Below are positions 34,473-44,089 of a stretch of 45,012 nt of DNA, one piece after another (position 1 is the first letter of the stretch; every line of letters starts with the position of its first letter). Source of the DNA: Pseudomonadota bacterium (GTDB taxonomy: Bacteria > Pseudomonadota > Gammaproteobacteria > Burkholderiales > JABEVD01); assembly GCA_021848705.1 (NCBI GenBank), contig JAJZTT010000002.1, positions 1-45,012 on the forward strand. The letters run 5' to 3'. The position numbers and the translations under genes are program-made. Below the pieces are notes generated by a model. It made no database searches. It was given only the letters and a program-made list of their open reading frames with translations, and had not been told where the DNA came from.

Positions 34473-35465
34473 ATGAATGCTGAAAAGCCCCCCGGTTCGA
34501 AACAGGCGCTGGTGATCATCGGCATGCACAGGAGCGGCACATCGGCCACCACCGGTGCATTGCGCTGCCTGGGCGTGGACCTTGGCAACAGGCTTTACAA
34601 GGGCCACGAAGGCATCAACGACAAGGGATATTTCGAGCACAGCGACCTCGCTGACGCGAATGACGAGGCACTTTCCGCTCTCGGCTCGAGCTGGGACGAT
34701 GTGCTGCTCAGGGAAAGCATGTGGTGGAAAAAAGGGGAATTGGTCCCCTTTGCCGCAAGGATCCGCAACCACATCAGAAAGGATTTCGCGAACAGCAGGA
34801 TCTGGGCGGTGAAGGATCCGAGGGTCTGCAGACTGCTGCCCTGGTGGCTGGAAATCTTCGAATCGGAACGAATCTCCCCCCGTTTCATTTTCGTCATCCG
34901 TTCCCCGCATGCGGTATTCCGTTCCCTGGAGCGCCGTGACGGATTTTCGATGGAAAAATCTTTTCTGCTCTGGTCCCTTCATTATCTCGAGGCGGAGCAA
35001 TGGAGCAGGAATTTCCCCAGGGTCTTCGTCGATTTCGATCGATTCATCGAACATCCCGCACAGGAATTCGCAAGAGTGGAGCGATCGCTCGGCATCTCCT
35101 ACCCGATTTCGGTCGAAAAGGCCGCGCCATGCCTGAATCAATTCCTTTCGAGAGATCTTCGTCACCACCAGGAGCGGGAAAGCGCGGAATGTTCGCCCGT
35201 GCATTCCCTGACCCACGCGCTGCACCAGGCCCTGCTTTGCGCGGTGGACTCAGGCCAGCCCGATTCCCGTGAAATGGATGCGCTGTGGAATGAGATGGAG
35301 TCGATACAGGCCGGATTTCCCAGAGCGCTCGTCGAACACATACGCTCTTCCGGTTCCATCCAGGGCAATCTGCAGATCACGATGAACAGGCTGATGCGTT
35401 CCTGGTCCTGGTATACGGGAAAACCGGTCAGATTCCTGGAAAGGCTCGCCGGGCGAAACGTATGA
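34473..35465 (+). CDS. Sulfotransferase-family protein (stand-alone)
   Basis: ORF 34326..35465 is trimmed to the ATG at 34473 (MNAEKPPGSKQALVIIGMHRSGTSATT...). GMHRSGTS is a PAPS-binding P-loop-like motif, and VKDPR follows later. The start is inferred. Confidence 0.7.
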   Translation: MNAEKPPGSKQALVIIGMHRSGTSATTGALRCLGVDLGNRLYKGHEGINDKGYFEHSDLADANDEALSALGSSWDDVLLRESMWWKKGELVPFAARIRNHIRKDFANSRIWAVKDPRVCRLLPWWLEIFESERISPRFIFVIRSPHAVFRSLERRDGFSMEKSFLLWSLHYLEAEQWSRNFPRVFVDFDRFIEHPAQEFARVERSLGISYPISVEKAAPCLNQFLSRDLRHHQERESAECSPVHSLTHALHQALLCAVDSGQPDSREMDALWNEMESIQAGFPRALVEHIRSSGSIQGNLQITMNRLMRSWSWYTGKPVRFLERLAGRNV

Positions 35466-35474
35466 ATTCATGCA

Positions 35475-36428
35475 ATGGACAGCGAAGTGAATGAAGAGAA
35501 CCCGACTGTTTCCGTGATCATTCCTTCGTATAACTGCGAAAGATACATCTCGGAAACGATCGACAGCATCCTGGGACAAACCTTCCGGGACCTGGAACTC
35601 ATCGTCGTGGATGACGGATCGACCGACCGCACCAGGGAGATCGTGAGTAGCTACGGCCCTCCGGTCAGACTCGTCACCCAACAAAACGCCAGGGTGTGCG
35701 CCGCCAGGAACCGCGGCATCCGCGAATCCAGGGGAAAATACATCTGCCTGATGGATCATGACGACTACTGGTTTGCGCACAAACTGGCTTCCCAGGTGAA
35801 ATGCCTGGAAGAGCACCCCGATGCGGGGGCCGCCCACAGCCCCTTCATTCTCTGGCATCCAGATGCGAACGGCATTTTCCCTCCTCCGGAGGGCATGGCG
35901 CCGCAAGGCGACCTGGAAGAGATTTCCGCCGAGGATTCGGGCTGGATGTATCACCGGCTGCTTTTCGACTGTGTCATGCTCACGAGTTCGGCCATGTTCC
36001 GGCGCGAGGTTTTCGAAAAGTGCGGCAACTTCGACGAATCCTTGCCCTATAGCGAGGACTGGGACCTGTGGTTTCGCATTTCCCGCGTATACCCCTTCGT
36101 CAAGCTGCGCCAGCCCACTACGCTGTACCGGCAGCATCCCCTGCAGGGAAACCGTGTGGTTCGCGACATAGACTACCGCACTGTGCTGCTGGAAAAGGCT
36201 TTCAACCAGTGGGGCCTCACCGGTCCAGACGGACAAAGCGCCGACAGGAAGAAATTCATGAGGCAGCTTGCGAAGTACCATGCGGACTTCGGACTCCATC
36301 ACCTCCAGGCCGGCCACGTGAAGAAAGCTTCCGAATCATTCGTGAAAGCATGGAAAAGGAACCCGATTCAGCCGAAATACCTTGCATACATCGCGGCCGG
36401 ACTCCTGGGATGGAGACCGAAATGGTGA
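35475..36428 (+). CDS. Glycosyltransferase family 2
   Basis: 317 aa. Motifs: VSVIIPSYNCERYISETIDSILGQTF, LIVVDDGSTD, ARNRGI, MDHDDYW. Confidence 0.9.
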   Translation: MDSEVNEENPTVSVIIPSYNCERYISETIDSILGQTFRDLELIVVDDGSTDRTREIVSSYGPPVRLVTQQNARVCAARNRGIRESRGKYICLMDHDDYWFAHKLASQVKCLEEHPDAGAAHSPFILWHPDANGIFPPPEGMAPQGDLEEISAEDSGWMYHRLLFDCVMLTSSAMFRREVFEKCGNFDESLPYSEDWDLWFRISRVYPFVKLRQPTTLYRQHPLQGNRVVRDIDYRTVLLEKAFNQWGLTGPDGQSADRKKFMRQLAKYHADFGLHHLQAGHVKKASESFVKAWKRNPIQPKYLAYIAAGLLGWRPKW

Positions 36429-37405
36429 AAGGCGGCGAAGTCTGTGTGGTGATCCCCTATTTTCAGCGCTCCCCGGAGCCCCTGAAAAGGGCGCTAGATT
36501 CGGTTTTTGCCCAGGAATGCGTCTCCACTCCCTTCGTCCTCATCGTGGACGACCAATCACCATTTTCCGCTGCCTCGGTCGTCGAAACGCATTTCCAGCC
36601 GCAAAGCGAACATATCCGCATCATTTCCCAGAAAAACTCCGGGGCGGCGAAGGCGCGCAATACCGGTCTGGACAACCTTCCGGAAGGAACGAAATATGTC
36701 GCCTTCCTGGATTCGGACGACGAATGGACGCCCTTCCACCTCGACAATGCGGTCAGGATGTTCGATTCGGGCTGCGACTTCTATTTCGCGGGACACAAAA
36801 GGGGCGAATGGAAGGAAGACAAGTTTTCCATGATCGGATTCGATCCGGCAAGCCATCCCTGCATGGACGAAAGCAGGGGGCTTCACGAATACCGGGGAGA
36901 CCTGATCGTCCCGGTCATGCAGGAACACATGGTTCAGACCTCTTCCGTCGTATACCGCCTGGAAAGGATTCCGGCAATTCGCTTCCCGGTCGATCTCGTG
37001 CTCGGAGAGGACGAAGTTTTCTGGGTGAAGGCGATGCGACTGGCGAGAAAGACCGGATTTTGCCGCCATGTGGAAGTGCAAATGGGCAGGGGGGTGAACA
37101 TCTCTCAGGGAGGGGAATGGGGCAGCGAGCGCGCCCTCCAGCTGACCTCGCAGAACATGCTGTACTGGCGCAGGATCACGGATCTGCTTCCGGAGGAAAG
37201 GGATCTCGGGCCGCTCCAAAAACTCAGGATCAGGCAGCTCCGCAGAAATCTCGCGGAAATTTTCCTTTACCGGCTAAGGCGTGGCGCGGACCTGCCGATG
37301 CGCCAGTTCGCAGCCTGTACCTGTGCCGATCCTCTCTGGCTCTTCGGCTTCTGGAACGTCCTCTTCGACCGAATCATGAGCCGCCGCGAAGGCAAGCCGA
37401 GATGA
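36422..37405 (+). CDS. Glycosyltransferase family 2 (second copy)
   Basis: ORF 36068..37405 is trimmed to the ATG at 36422 (MVKGGEVCVVIPYFQRS...), which is preceded by GGAG at 36412-15. An alternative ATG lies at 36410. Motifs: LIVDDQSP, AKARNTGL, FLDSDDEW. Confidence 0.82.
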   Translation: MVKGGEVCVVIPYFQRSPEPLKRALDSVFAQECVSTPFVLIVDDQSPFSAASVVETHFQPQSEHIRIISQKNSGAAKARNTGLDNLPEGTKYVAFLDSDDEWTPFHLDNAVRMFDSGCDFYFAGHKRGEWKEDKFSMIGFDPASHPCMDESRGLHEYRGDLIVPVMQEHMVQTSSVVYRLERIPAIRFPVDLVLGEDEVFWVKAMRLARKTGFCRHVEVQMGRGVNISQGGEWGSERALQLTSQNMLYWRRITDLLPEERDLGPLQKLRIRQLRRNLAEIFLYRLRRGADLPMRQFAACTCADPLWLFGFWNVLFDRIMSRREGKPR

Positions 37406-38406
37406 ACCCGATCCGCCTGGGGATCTTCAAGTCCGGCGAAATCCCCCAAAGCTTCCGGGTCTATGCAGCCAATATCGAAAAATGGCTTCCCGCCCTGGGC
37501 ATCGAAATCATCCCCTTTTCAGGCAGGAAGGATCTGCCCGGAACCGCTGACCTGCTTTGGGACATCCGCTCAGGAGGGGGAAATCCCCCCCTTGAATTCA
37601 TGCTGGGTGGACCGCCGCTCGTGATGACCGTGCATGGATTCGCCCCCATCAGCCTTTCCGGCCGGGAATATTACGGAACGCTGAAAGGCATGCTGCTATC
37701 CGGCCGGTATTCCCGCGAGAAGCTGAAAAAATGGCAGGAACTCGGCAGCGCAGTCAGCGGGATCGTGGCCGTTTCCGAATTCACCAAGGCGGAAACGGTC
37801 AGGCTGACCGGGATTCCTGCAGAAAAAATCGTCGTCTGTCACCATGGTGTCGATTCGGAAAACTTCAGCCCGCCGGAGAACGCCGAAAGGGGAAATTATT
37901 TCCTGCACATTTCGAACGACGAGCCGCGCAAGAATGTGGCCAGAATCATCGAGGCATTCAGGAAACTGAGAAAATCCAGCGACGTCGAGCTGCTTCTCAA
38001 GCTCCCCGCCGGCATGGCTTCGCGCTACTCGGGCATCGAAGGCGTGAAGACGATCGACCGCCATCTGGGCAAGGAGGAACTGGCCGCGTTGTACAGGAAT
38101 GCGCTGGGCTTCGTCTTCCCTTCCCTCTACGAAGGATTCGGCATGCCCATCCTGGAAGCCATGGCAAGCGGCTGCCCGGTCATCACATCGAACGCCAGCG
38201 CCTGCCCTGAAGTGGCCGGGAATGCGGCATGGATTGTCGACCCTCGCGACGGGAATGCCCTGTTCGAAGCCATGCAATCCCTCTTTCTGGATGAGGAAAC
38301 GCGTTCCATGCGGATAGCGGCAGGGCTTTCCAGGGCGGCTTCCTTTTCCTGGAAGCAAAGCGCCGCCTGCCATGCGAATGCATTCAGAAAAGCCATCGAA
38401 CCCTAA
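37402..38406 (+). CDS. Glycosyltransferase family 4 (GT-B)
   Basis: ORF 36382..38406 is trimmed to the ATG at 37402 (MNPIRLGIF...), which forms an ATGA overlap with the upstream gene. Motif: PSLYEGFGMPILEAMASGCPVITSN. Confidence 0.85.
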   Translation: MNPIRLGIFKSGEIPQSFRVYAANIEKWLPALGIEIIPFSGRKDLPGTADLLWDIRSGGGNPPLEFMLGGPPLVMTVHGFAPISLSGREYYGTLKGMLLSGRYSREKLKKWQELGSAVSGIVAVSEFTKAETVRLTGIPAEKIVVCHHGVDSENFSPPENAERGNYFLHISNDEPRKNVARIIEAFRKLRKSSDVELLLKLPAGMASRYSGIEGVKTIDRHLGKEELAALYRNALGFVFPSLYEGFGMPILEAMASGCPVITSNASACPEVAGNAAWIVDPRDGNALFEAMQSLFLDEETRSMRIAAGLSRAASFSWKQSAACHANAFRKAIEP

Positions 38407-38420
38407 TCAGAAGCCGAAAA

Positions 38421-39311
38421 ATGCCCATCATCCCCCCCCAATTGCTGCAACCGGCGGTCAGAAACCTGGCAAATTGCAATCTGCTGCAGGGCCGGCTATG
38501 GAAATACGTGGTCATGGTTCGCAAGCATTATGCAAAATCCCAACCGCCGCTGGAAGTCGAAACCATGATCGAGGGCGACATCAGGATCCGCACTTCCCTC
38601 TCCGACCACATAGAAGCCCAGCTTTTCTGGCAGGGATATCAGGAGGCAGACCAGGGCGTGCTTGAAATGATCCGGAAAAGGCTCCCTTCGGACGGGGTCT
38701 TCATCGACATCGGCGCCAACATCGGCTCCTTCACGCTGGTCGCGGCAAAAATCGCGCAACATGGCGAAGTGCATGCTTTCGAGCCAAGCGCGCACCATTT
38801 TTTCAGGCTTTCGAAAAATGTGGCAATGAACGGTTTCGGAAACGTATCCCTCAACCGAACGGGCTTGAGCGATCAGCGGGGCTCCGCAACGCTTTTTCTT
38901 CCCTGCCTGAAGGGGGAAATGAACAACAGCGGCGCGGCAAGCCTCTACTCCTGCGGCACGGAAGAAAACAGTCAGGCGAGGGAAGACATCGATTTGGTCC
39001 GCCTGGACGACTATGTATCGGAAAAGGGCATCGAAAGGATCGATCTCGTCAAGATCGACATCGAGGGAGCCGAATTCAATGCGCTGAAGGGATCCAGGTC
39101 GGCTCTCTCCGAATTCAGGCCGATCGTCCTGATGGAACTGGACCTCGAAAACCTGAAACGGGCCGGCTGCGCCCCGGAGGAAATCCTGTCGTTCTGGGAA
39201 AATTTGAAATATGAGGTATCCAGGGTCGAAAACAGTGGAGATCTCATCCCGATCCGGAACGCCGGCGATCTGAAGCTGCACCAGAACCTGATCTGCTGCC
39301 CCATGGATTGA
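38421..39311 (+). CDS. FkbM-family methyltransferase
   Basis: 296 aa. SAM-binding region VFIDIGANIGSFTLVAA, EVHAFEPS, and later KIDIEGAEFNALKG. Confidence 0.85.
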   Translation: MPIIPPQLLQPAVRNLANCNLLQGRLWKYVVMVRKHYAKSQPPLEVETMIEGDIRIRTSLSDHIEAQLFWQGYQEADQGVLEMIRKRLPSDGVFIDIGANIGSFTLVAAKIAQHGEVHAFEPSAHHFFRLSKNVAMNGFGNVSLNRTGLSDQRGSATLFLPCLKGEMNNSGAASLYSCGTEENSQAREDIDLVRLDDYVSEKGIERIDLVKIDIEGAEFNALKGSRSALSEFRPIVLMELDLENLKRAGCAPEEILSFWENLKYEVSRVENSGDLIPIRNAGDLKLHQNLICCPMD

Positions 39312-39317
39312 ATTTCA

Positions 39318-40190
39318 ATGACATGCGCGCATGCGCACCGAGCTTGGTTTATAATGCCGAAAAACAAAAAACCCAGGCGCAGCAAAAAAACGGATCCAAT
39401 TCATTCAGACACCCAGACCGCCATGCCCGCAAACATCCTGACCCAGTTCAAGAATTCGATCACGAAGGCCGCCGGCCGGATGGGATATGAAATCATTCCC
39501 GCCTGGAAGCTTGGCCGGAAACCCGAATCCGACCTGCTGGGTGCGCTGTTTTCTCTTCACGGCATCGCCACCGTGCTCGATGTGGGAGCAAACAAGGGGC
39601 AATACGCAGACTATCTGAGGAATCATCTGGATTTTCGCGGTCGCATCATTTCCTTCGAACCCATCCGGGAAAATTGCCTGCAACTTCTGGAAAAGGCTTC
39701 AGGTCGCCGGGACTGGGACATTCGCGATTTCGCGCTCGGAAACGAAAACACCTCGCAGGATCTGCAGGTCATGAAGGCCGACGTGTTCTCCTCCTTTCTG
39801 AATCCGACGACAGAATTCACTCATGGGTTCGAACAATACAATGCGGTGGCAAGAACCGAGAAGGTCGCGATCAGGAGGCTGGATGACATTCTCGATGAAA
39901 TCGACTGCCATCCTTCCAGGAGCCCTGTTTACCTCAAGATCGATACCCAGGGTTATGACATGGAAGTGATCAAGGGCGCGAAATCCGCCCTCCAGGACAT
40001 TCGCGCGCTGCAAACCGAGCTTTCCGTCATCAACATCTATGAAAACATGCCATCGATGCTGGAAGTGATCACTTATCTGGACAACCTGGGTTTCAAGATG
40101 GCAGGCATGTTCCCGGTGAGCCGCGACCAGAACATGAAGGTCGTGGAATTCGACGCGGTATTCGTCAACGACAGGTTCTCCAGGAAATGA
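39318..40190 (+). CDS. FkbM-family methyltransferase (second copy)
   Basis: 290 aa. Motifs: VLDVGANKGQYADYL, IISFEPI, LKIDTQGYDMEVIKGA. The start is uncertain (ATG at 39318 or 39354), and neither has a clear SD. Confidence 0.8.
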   Translation: MTCAHAHRAWFIMPKNKKPRRSKKTDPIHSDTQTAMPANILTQFKNSITKAAGRMGYEIIPAWKLGRKPESDLLGALFSLHGIATVLDVGANKGQYADYLRNHLDFRGRIISFEPIRENCLQLLEKASGRRDWDIRDFALGNENTSQDLQVMKADVFSSFLNPTTEFTHGFEQYNAVARTEKVAIRRLDDILDEIDCHPSRSPVYLKIDTQGYDMEVIKGAKSALQDIRALQTELSVINIYENMPSMLEVITYLDNLGFKMAGMFPVSRDQNMKVVEFDAVFVNDRFSRK

Positions 40191-40240
40191 CCCTGCATGC
40201 GGGCCGATGCGATGAAACCACCTGCTGAATCCATAGCGTA

Positions 40241-41707
40241 ATGTCCACCCGAAAAGCCATCGCCTTTTCATATGTAGACCGCTACTCGTCGCTGATCATT
40301 TATTTTCTGACATCGACGATCATTGCGCGTCTGCTCACCCCGGAACAGGTCGGCGTATTTTCCGTAACCATGATCATCATCGGATTCATGGCTCCCTTCC
40401 GGGATCTCGGCGCAAGCCAGTACCTGATCCAGGAAAAGGATCTCACCAGAACCAGGATCAAGGCGGTATGGGCGGTACAGTTGTTCCTGAACGCACTGCT
40501 CTCGCTGCTGATTTTCGCATCCAGAAATTTCGTGGCCGATTTCTATCATCGCCCCGAAATCCGCAGCATCATGGACGTTCTTGCAGTCAGCTCCCTGCTG
40601 GTTCCGTTTGGCGCGCTGACCATCGCCTGGCTCACGCGGGAACTCAAGTTCGAGCGTCTCGCGATCATCCGCTCCGGAGGTGCCCTGACCGGCTCGGCGG
40701 TTTCCATCGCTTTTGCCTGGAGCGGGCACGGTCCCATCAGTCTGGCTTATGGAGCCCTGTCCTCGTCGCTGATGATTGCATTCCTCTCGATGTTTTTCAG
40801 GCCGGGGCATTTTCCCTGGCTGCCCGGTACCGGGGAAATCTCCAAGGTGCTGAGCTTCGGCACCTCGATTTCCGGCATCTCCCTGCTCAACCAGGCCTAT
40901 CAGGGAACCCCCGAACTCATCCTAGGCCGGATTCAGGGAATGTACACGGCGGGTATCTTCAGCCGGGCACAGGGACTGGTCAATCTTTTCGAACGGCTCA
41001 TGATGGACTCGATCTATGCGGTTGCCCTGCCCACCTTTTCCAAGCTTCACCACCAAGGAGATCAACTCGATAGCGCATTTTTCAAGAGCATCTCCATCGT
41101 GTACGCCCTTGGCTGGTCGCTTCTGATGTTCATAGCGGTGATGGCCAATCCGATCATCAACCTGCTCTATGGTCCGCAATGGAGCCAGTCCGTGGACATC
41201 ACCAGAATCCTGTGTCTTTCTGCATGCTTCTATCTGATCATCACCCTATTCCCCGCCCTGCTGATCGCCACCGGAAAGCGCATGATCGTATTGCGGCTCA
41301 CCGTGATCAACGTGGTGCTGTAGGGCGGCCTGTCGCTCGCCGGGGGCAGCCTCGGACTGTACTGGATGGGCTGGGGAATCACGCTCGCATCCCTGCTCGT
41401 CTCCCTGATCTGGATGCATGTCACGCAGAAGATCAGCGGCTTTTCCTGGCACCACTTCCGCACCTCCCTCTGGAAAAGCGCGATCATCGCACTCTCCTCT
41501 TCGGCAGCGCCGCTCCTTGCCGCCTTCATTTTCCGCGGTCGTCCCGACCAGATGGTTGCCCCCCTGATCATCGGCGGCATCGGGATGCTGGTCGGCATCA
41601 TGGTTTCGGCCAGGAAAGTCGCTCATCCCCTGTGGACGGAAATCGAACAGATTCTACTGCTTCTCCGCAAGCGGTATTCCCTGGCCATCAGAAACATCCG
41701 GGATTGA
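40241..41707 (+). pseudogene. wzx: Wzx-type polysaccharide flippase (MOP/PST family) interrupted by one in-frame TAG (41321-41323)
   Basis: ORFs 40241..41323 (360 aa) and 41366..41707 (113 aa) are in the same frame. Read-through gives ...LTVINVVL*GGLSLAGGSLGLYWMGWGITLASLL..., a continuous ~488-codon, roughly 12-14-TM flippase. N-terminal ARLLTPEQVGVF is typical of Polysacc_synt proteins. Confidence 0.75.
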
Positions 41708-44089
41708 AGAACCCCTTCCTCCCGGCTTCTTGCGACTTCCCCTGTGGAGTGCGTCACCCAGGACCGACGGTTCGATCATTGCGGCGAACAGCAACAGGTA
41801 AACCAGCAGCGCGATGCGCGGGAAATCGAGCACGCTGTCGAAAATGCCGACGACCAACAGTGAAAACAGCGAAGCGAACTGCGCCATGGAAATTGCGCCG
41901 GAAGCATCCGAAAGCAGCTTCGCCAGCGCATAAAGACAAAGGAGACCGAAAGAGAGCAGGCCGAACCAGCCCTGATCGAAAAATACGTGAAGAAAAAGGT
42001 TTTTTTCATGCCAGGCAAGGTGTTCGTGGTCGCTCGTGAAAAACCAGCGATCCATCCCCCCGGCAAAATCCCCGTTCCGGATGACATTCCCGAAACCGTC
42101 GGAAAGACTCACCTCCCTGATGTCGAAGTACCCGCCCGGGCTTTCGTCCGCAAGATAGAACTGCATCATCGGCCTGGAATACCAGGGCTCCGCCCCCATT
42201 TGTCCTGAATGCAGACTGATCGTGTAGGTTCTCCAGGTTCCATTCGGAGCGATCGATACAGTCGCGGCAGCGCATCCCTTCTCGTAGATCAGCAGCTTCT
42301 GGCAGATCGCCGCAGTCAGGTGCTGGTTGGGGAATGCAGTCCTCGCACGAAAAGTGACTGAATATTCGCGATAGGGATCGACTGAAATGCGCTGAGCGAA
42401 TCGAATCGGCTCCCCTTCCCCCGCCAGATCCGAACCGGAAAGCCTCAGGAAAGGGCCATCCCGATCCTGCCCGAACCGGAACAGGGAAACATTTCCGGCG
42501 CTTTTCCAGAAATTCGTTTCCGGAAAACTGCCCATCCCCATTCCGAGAACCCTCGTGGTCCAGTCAGGATTCATCATGGAAAGCACTTCCTCCCAGTGGC
42601 CGATCCTGATCCCGAAATCCCTTTTGGCTTGCGCAAAGCGGTCCGCGACATAATAGTTGCCGATCACCGGAATGACGAGTGCAGCCAGAAGCAGGAAAAA
42701 GCCCGCAATCAGGGCGACATGGCGATCTCCGCGCCAGAAGGGCCCCAGCCTGGAACGATTCAAGGCCATGAGGACCAGGCAAAAAAGATCGATCCACGCC
42801 CCGCCGAAAAGGGCGGCATCCCCCCCCCAGTGCCGGTCGACCAGCAACCCGCCGATCATCATGGCGAAGAGCCCGGATCCGGCCAGCATGCCGCCCGGTT
42901 CTCCCTTCCTGACGGAAACAAGGAAACCGGAGGCAAACATGAAAAATGCAATGGCGAAGGAAACATAGGCCCCCTTGCCGGGCATTTCAGAAAGAATCAG
43001 TGCCAGAGGCAGGAAAATGGCCAGGATTGCCCCAATTGCAGGCTTGCGATTCATGGGGCGATCGCCCAGAAAAAGGGCGGCGCCGGTCACCAGCACGCCG
43101 ACCAGCAGGCCCCGATAACCTGCCGTTGCGAAGGAATGCAGGAGAAGCAGCCCGGAAAGCGCAAGGATCGGGAAAAGCGCAGCAAGCCCACGTCCCTGTC
43201 CCGGGTTTCTCGTCATCGACAGCAGCACGATCGCCGCAGACAGTCCCAAACCGAGATAAAGGCCGCGGGAAAAAGTCACCATGACCGCATAGGTTCCTGC
43301 TGCCAGCAGAATCGCCGCGGCGATTTTTCCAATGACTGGCTTCACCCTGAAAAAGGCATAGGCCGCAAAAGGCATCGTCATCGCCAGGAATGCGTCGATG
43401 GCGGCCCCCCCCAGATGCATTTCAGGAAAAGTGGCCGTGATCCGGTAATCGCTCGCAAAATCCATGAGCCCCGTGTAGGCCCATCTTTCCCACAGGGAAA
43501 AAAGGGAAACGAGCGCAAGCCCGGTCAGCAGCCCCGGAATGAAGACTTTTTCCATTCTTCCTTTGCCCATGCTTCTGTTCAGGAGCGGAATCAGCAGGCA
43601 AATCCAGAGAACCGGCTTGAAAAGCCTCAGGCTGTTGTAGTGGTTCAAATAGCTGGAAAAGGCATTCTCATCGGGCGCCTGCCAGGGAAAAAATCCGGTC
43701 CATGCGGAAATGCAGCAGGAGAGCAGAAAAAGGCCTCCGAGGACAATTGCCGGGGCGGGCAGCCTGGCAACAGGCGCTTCGCCTGCAAGGCGGAAATATC
43801 CTAGCGAAACCGTGACCAGCATAAAAAAATCCAGTTCCTCGAAATGGATCCATCCGCTCCAGGGAGAAAGATCGGCGACCGGGAGAAGTGCGGGAATGAC
43901 GAAAAGCCATGCGTGGGGGCGTAGCCAGAGCAGCACGGCATAGGCTGCGAGGGCGGCGCCCAGCCACCATGGATCGAGCGGATAATGCCTCAGCCCCAGG
44001 AAAATTCCTGCAAGGCTTGCCAGCGTCACGGGAAAAGCCAGCAGTCTCGTCATGTCACGTGGTTCCACATCATTGAAAAATGGTATCAC
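41654..44089 (-). CDS. Large O-antigen-ligase/polymerase-like (Wzy_C-type) membrane protein with an inserted beta-rich domain
   Basis: 811 aa (GTG at 44089; an alternative ATG at 44053 gives MTRLLAF...). Many TM segments, Wzy_C-like FSRGLYLGLGL, GMGMGSF and HEKNLFLHVFFDQGWFG. About 165 aa of non-membrane sequence lies between the last two motifs. Confidence 0.72.
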   Translation of the reverse strand: MIPFFNDVEPRDMTRLLAFPVTLASLAGIFLGLRHYPLDPWWLGAALAAYAVLLWLRPHAWLFVIPALLPVADLSPWSGWIHFEELDFFMLVTVSLGYFRLAGEAPVARLPAPAIVLGGLFLLSCCISAWTGFFPWQAPDENAFSSYLNHYNSLRLFKPVLWICLLIPLLNRSMGKGRMEKVFIPGLLTGLALVSLFSLWERWAYTGLMDFASDYRITATFPEMHLGGAAIDAFLAMTMPFAAYAFFRVKPVIGKIAAAILLAAGTYAVMVTFSRGLYLGLGLSAAIVLLSMTRNPGQGRGLAALFPILALSGLLLLHSFATAGYRGLLVGVLVTGAALFLGDRPMNRKPAIGAILAIFLPLALILSEMPGKGAYVSFAIAFFMFASGFLVSVRKGEPGGMLAGSGLFAMMIGGLLVDRHWGGDAALFGGAWIDLFCLVLMALNRSRLGPFWRGDRHVALIAGFFLLLAALVIPVIGNYYVADRFAQAKRDFGIRIGHWEEVLSMMNPDWTTRVLGMGMGSFPETNFWKSAGNVSLFRFGQDRDGPFLRLSGSDLAGEGEPIRFAQRISVDPYREYSVTFRARTAFPNQHLTAAICQKLLIYEKGCAAATVSIAPNGTWRTYTISLHSGQMGAEPWYSRPMMQFYLADESPGGYFDIREVSLSDGFGNVIRNGDFAGGMDRWFFTSDHEHLAWHEKNLFLHVFFDQGWFGLLSFGLLCLYALAKLLSDASGAISMAQFASLFSLLVVGIFDSVLDFPRIALLVYLLLFAAMIEPSVLGDALHRGSRKKPGGRGSSIPDVSDGQGIPLAEKQ

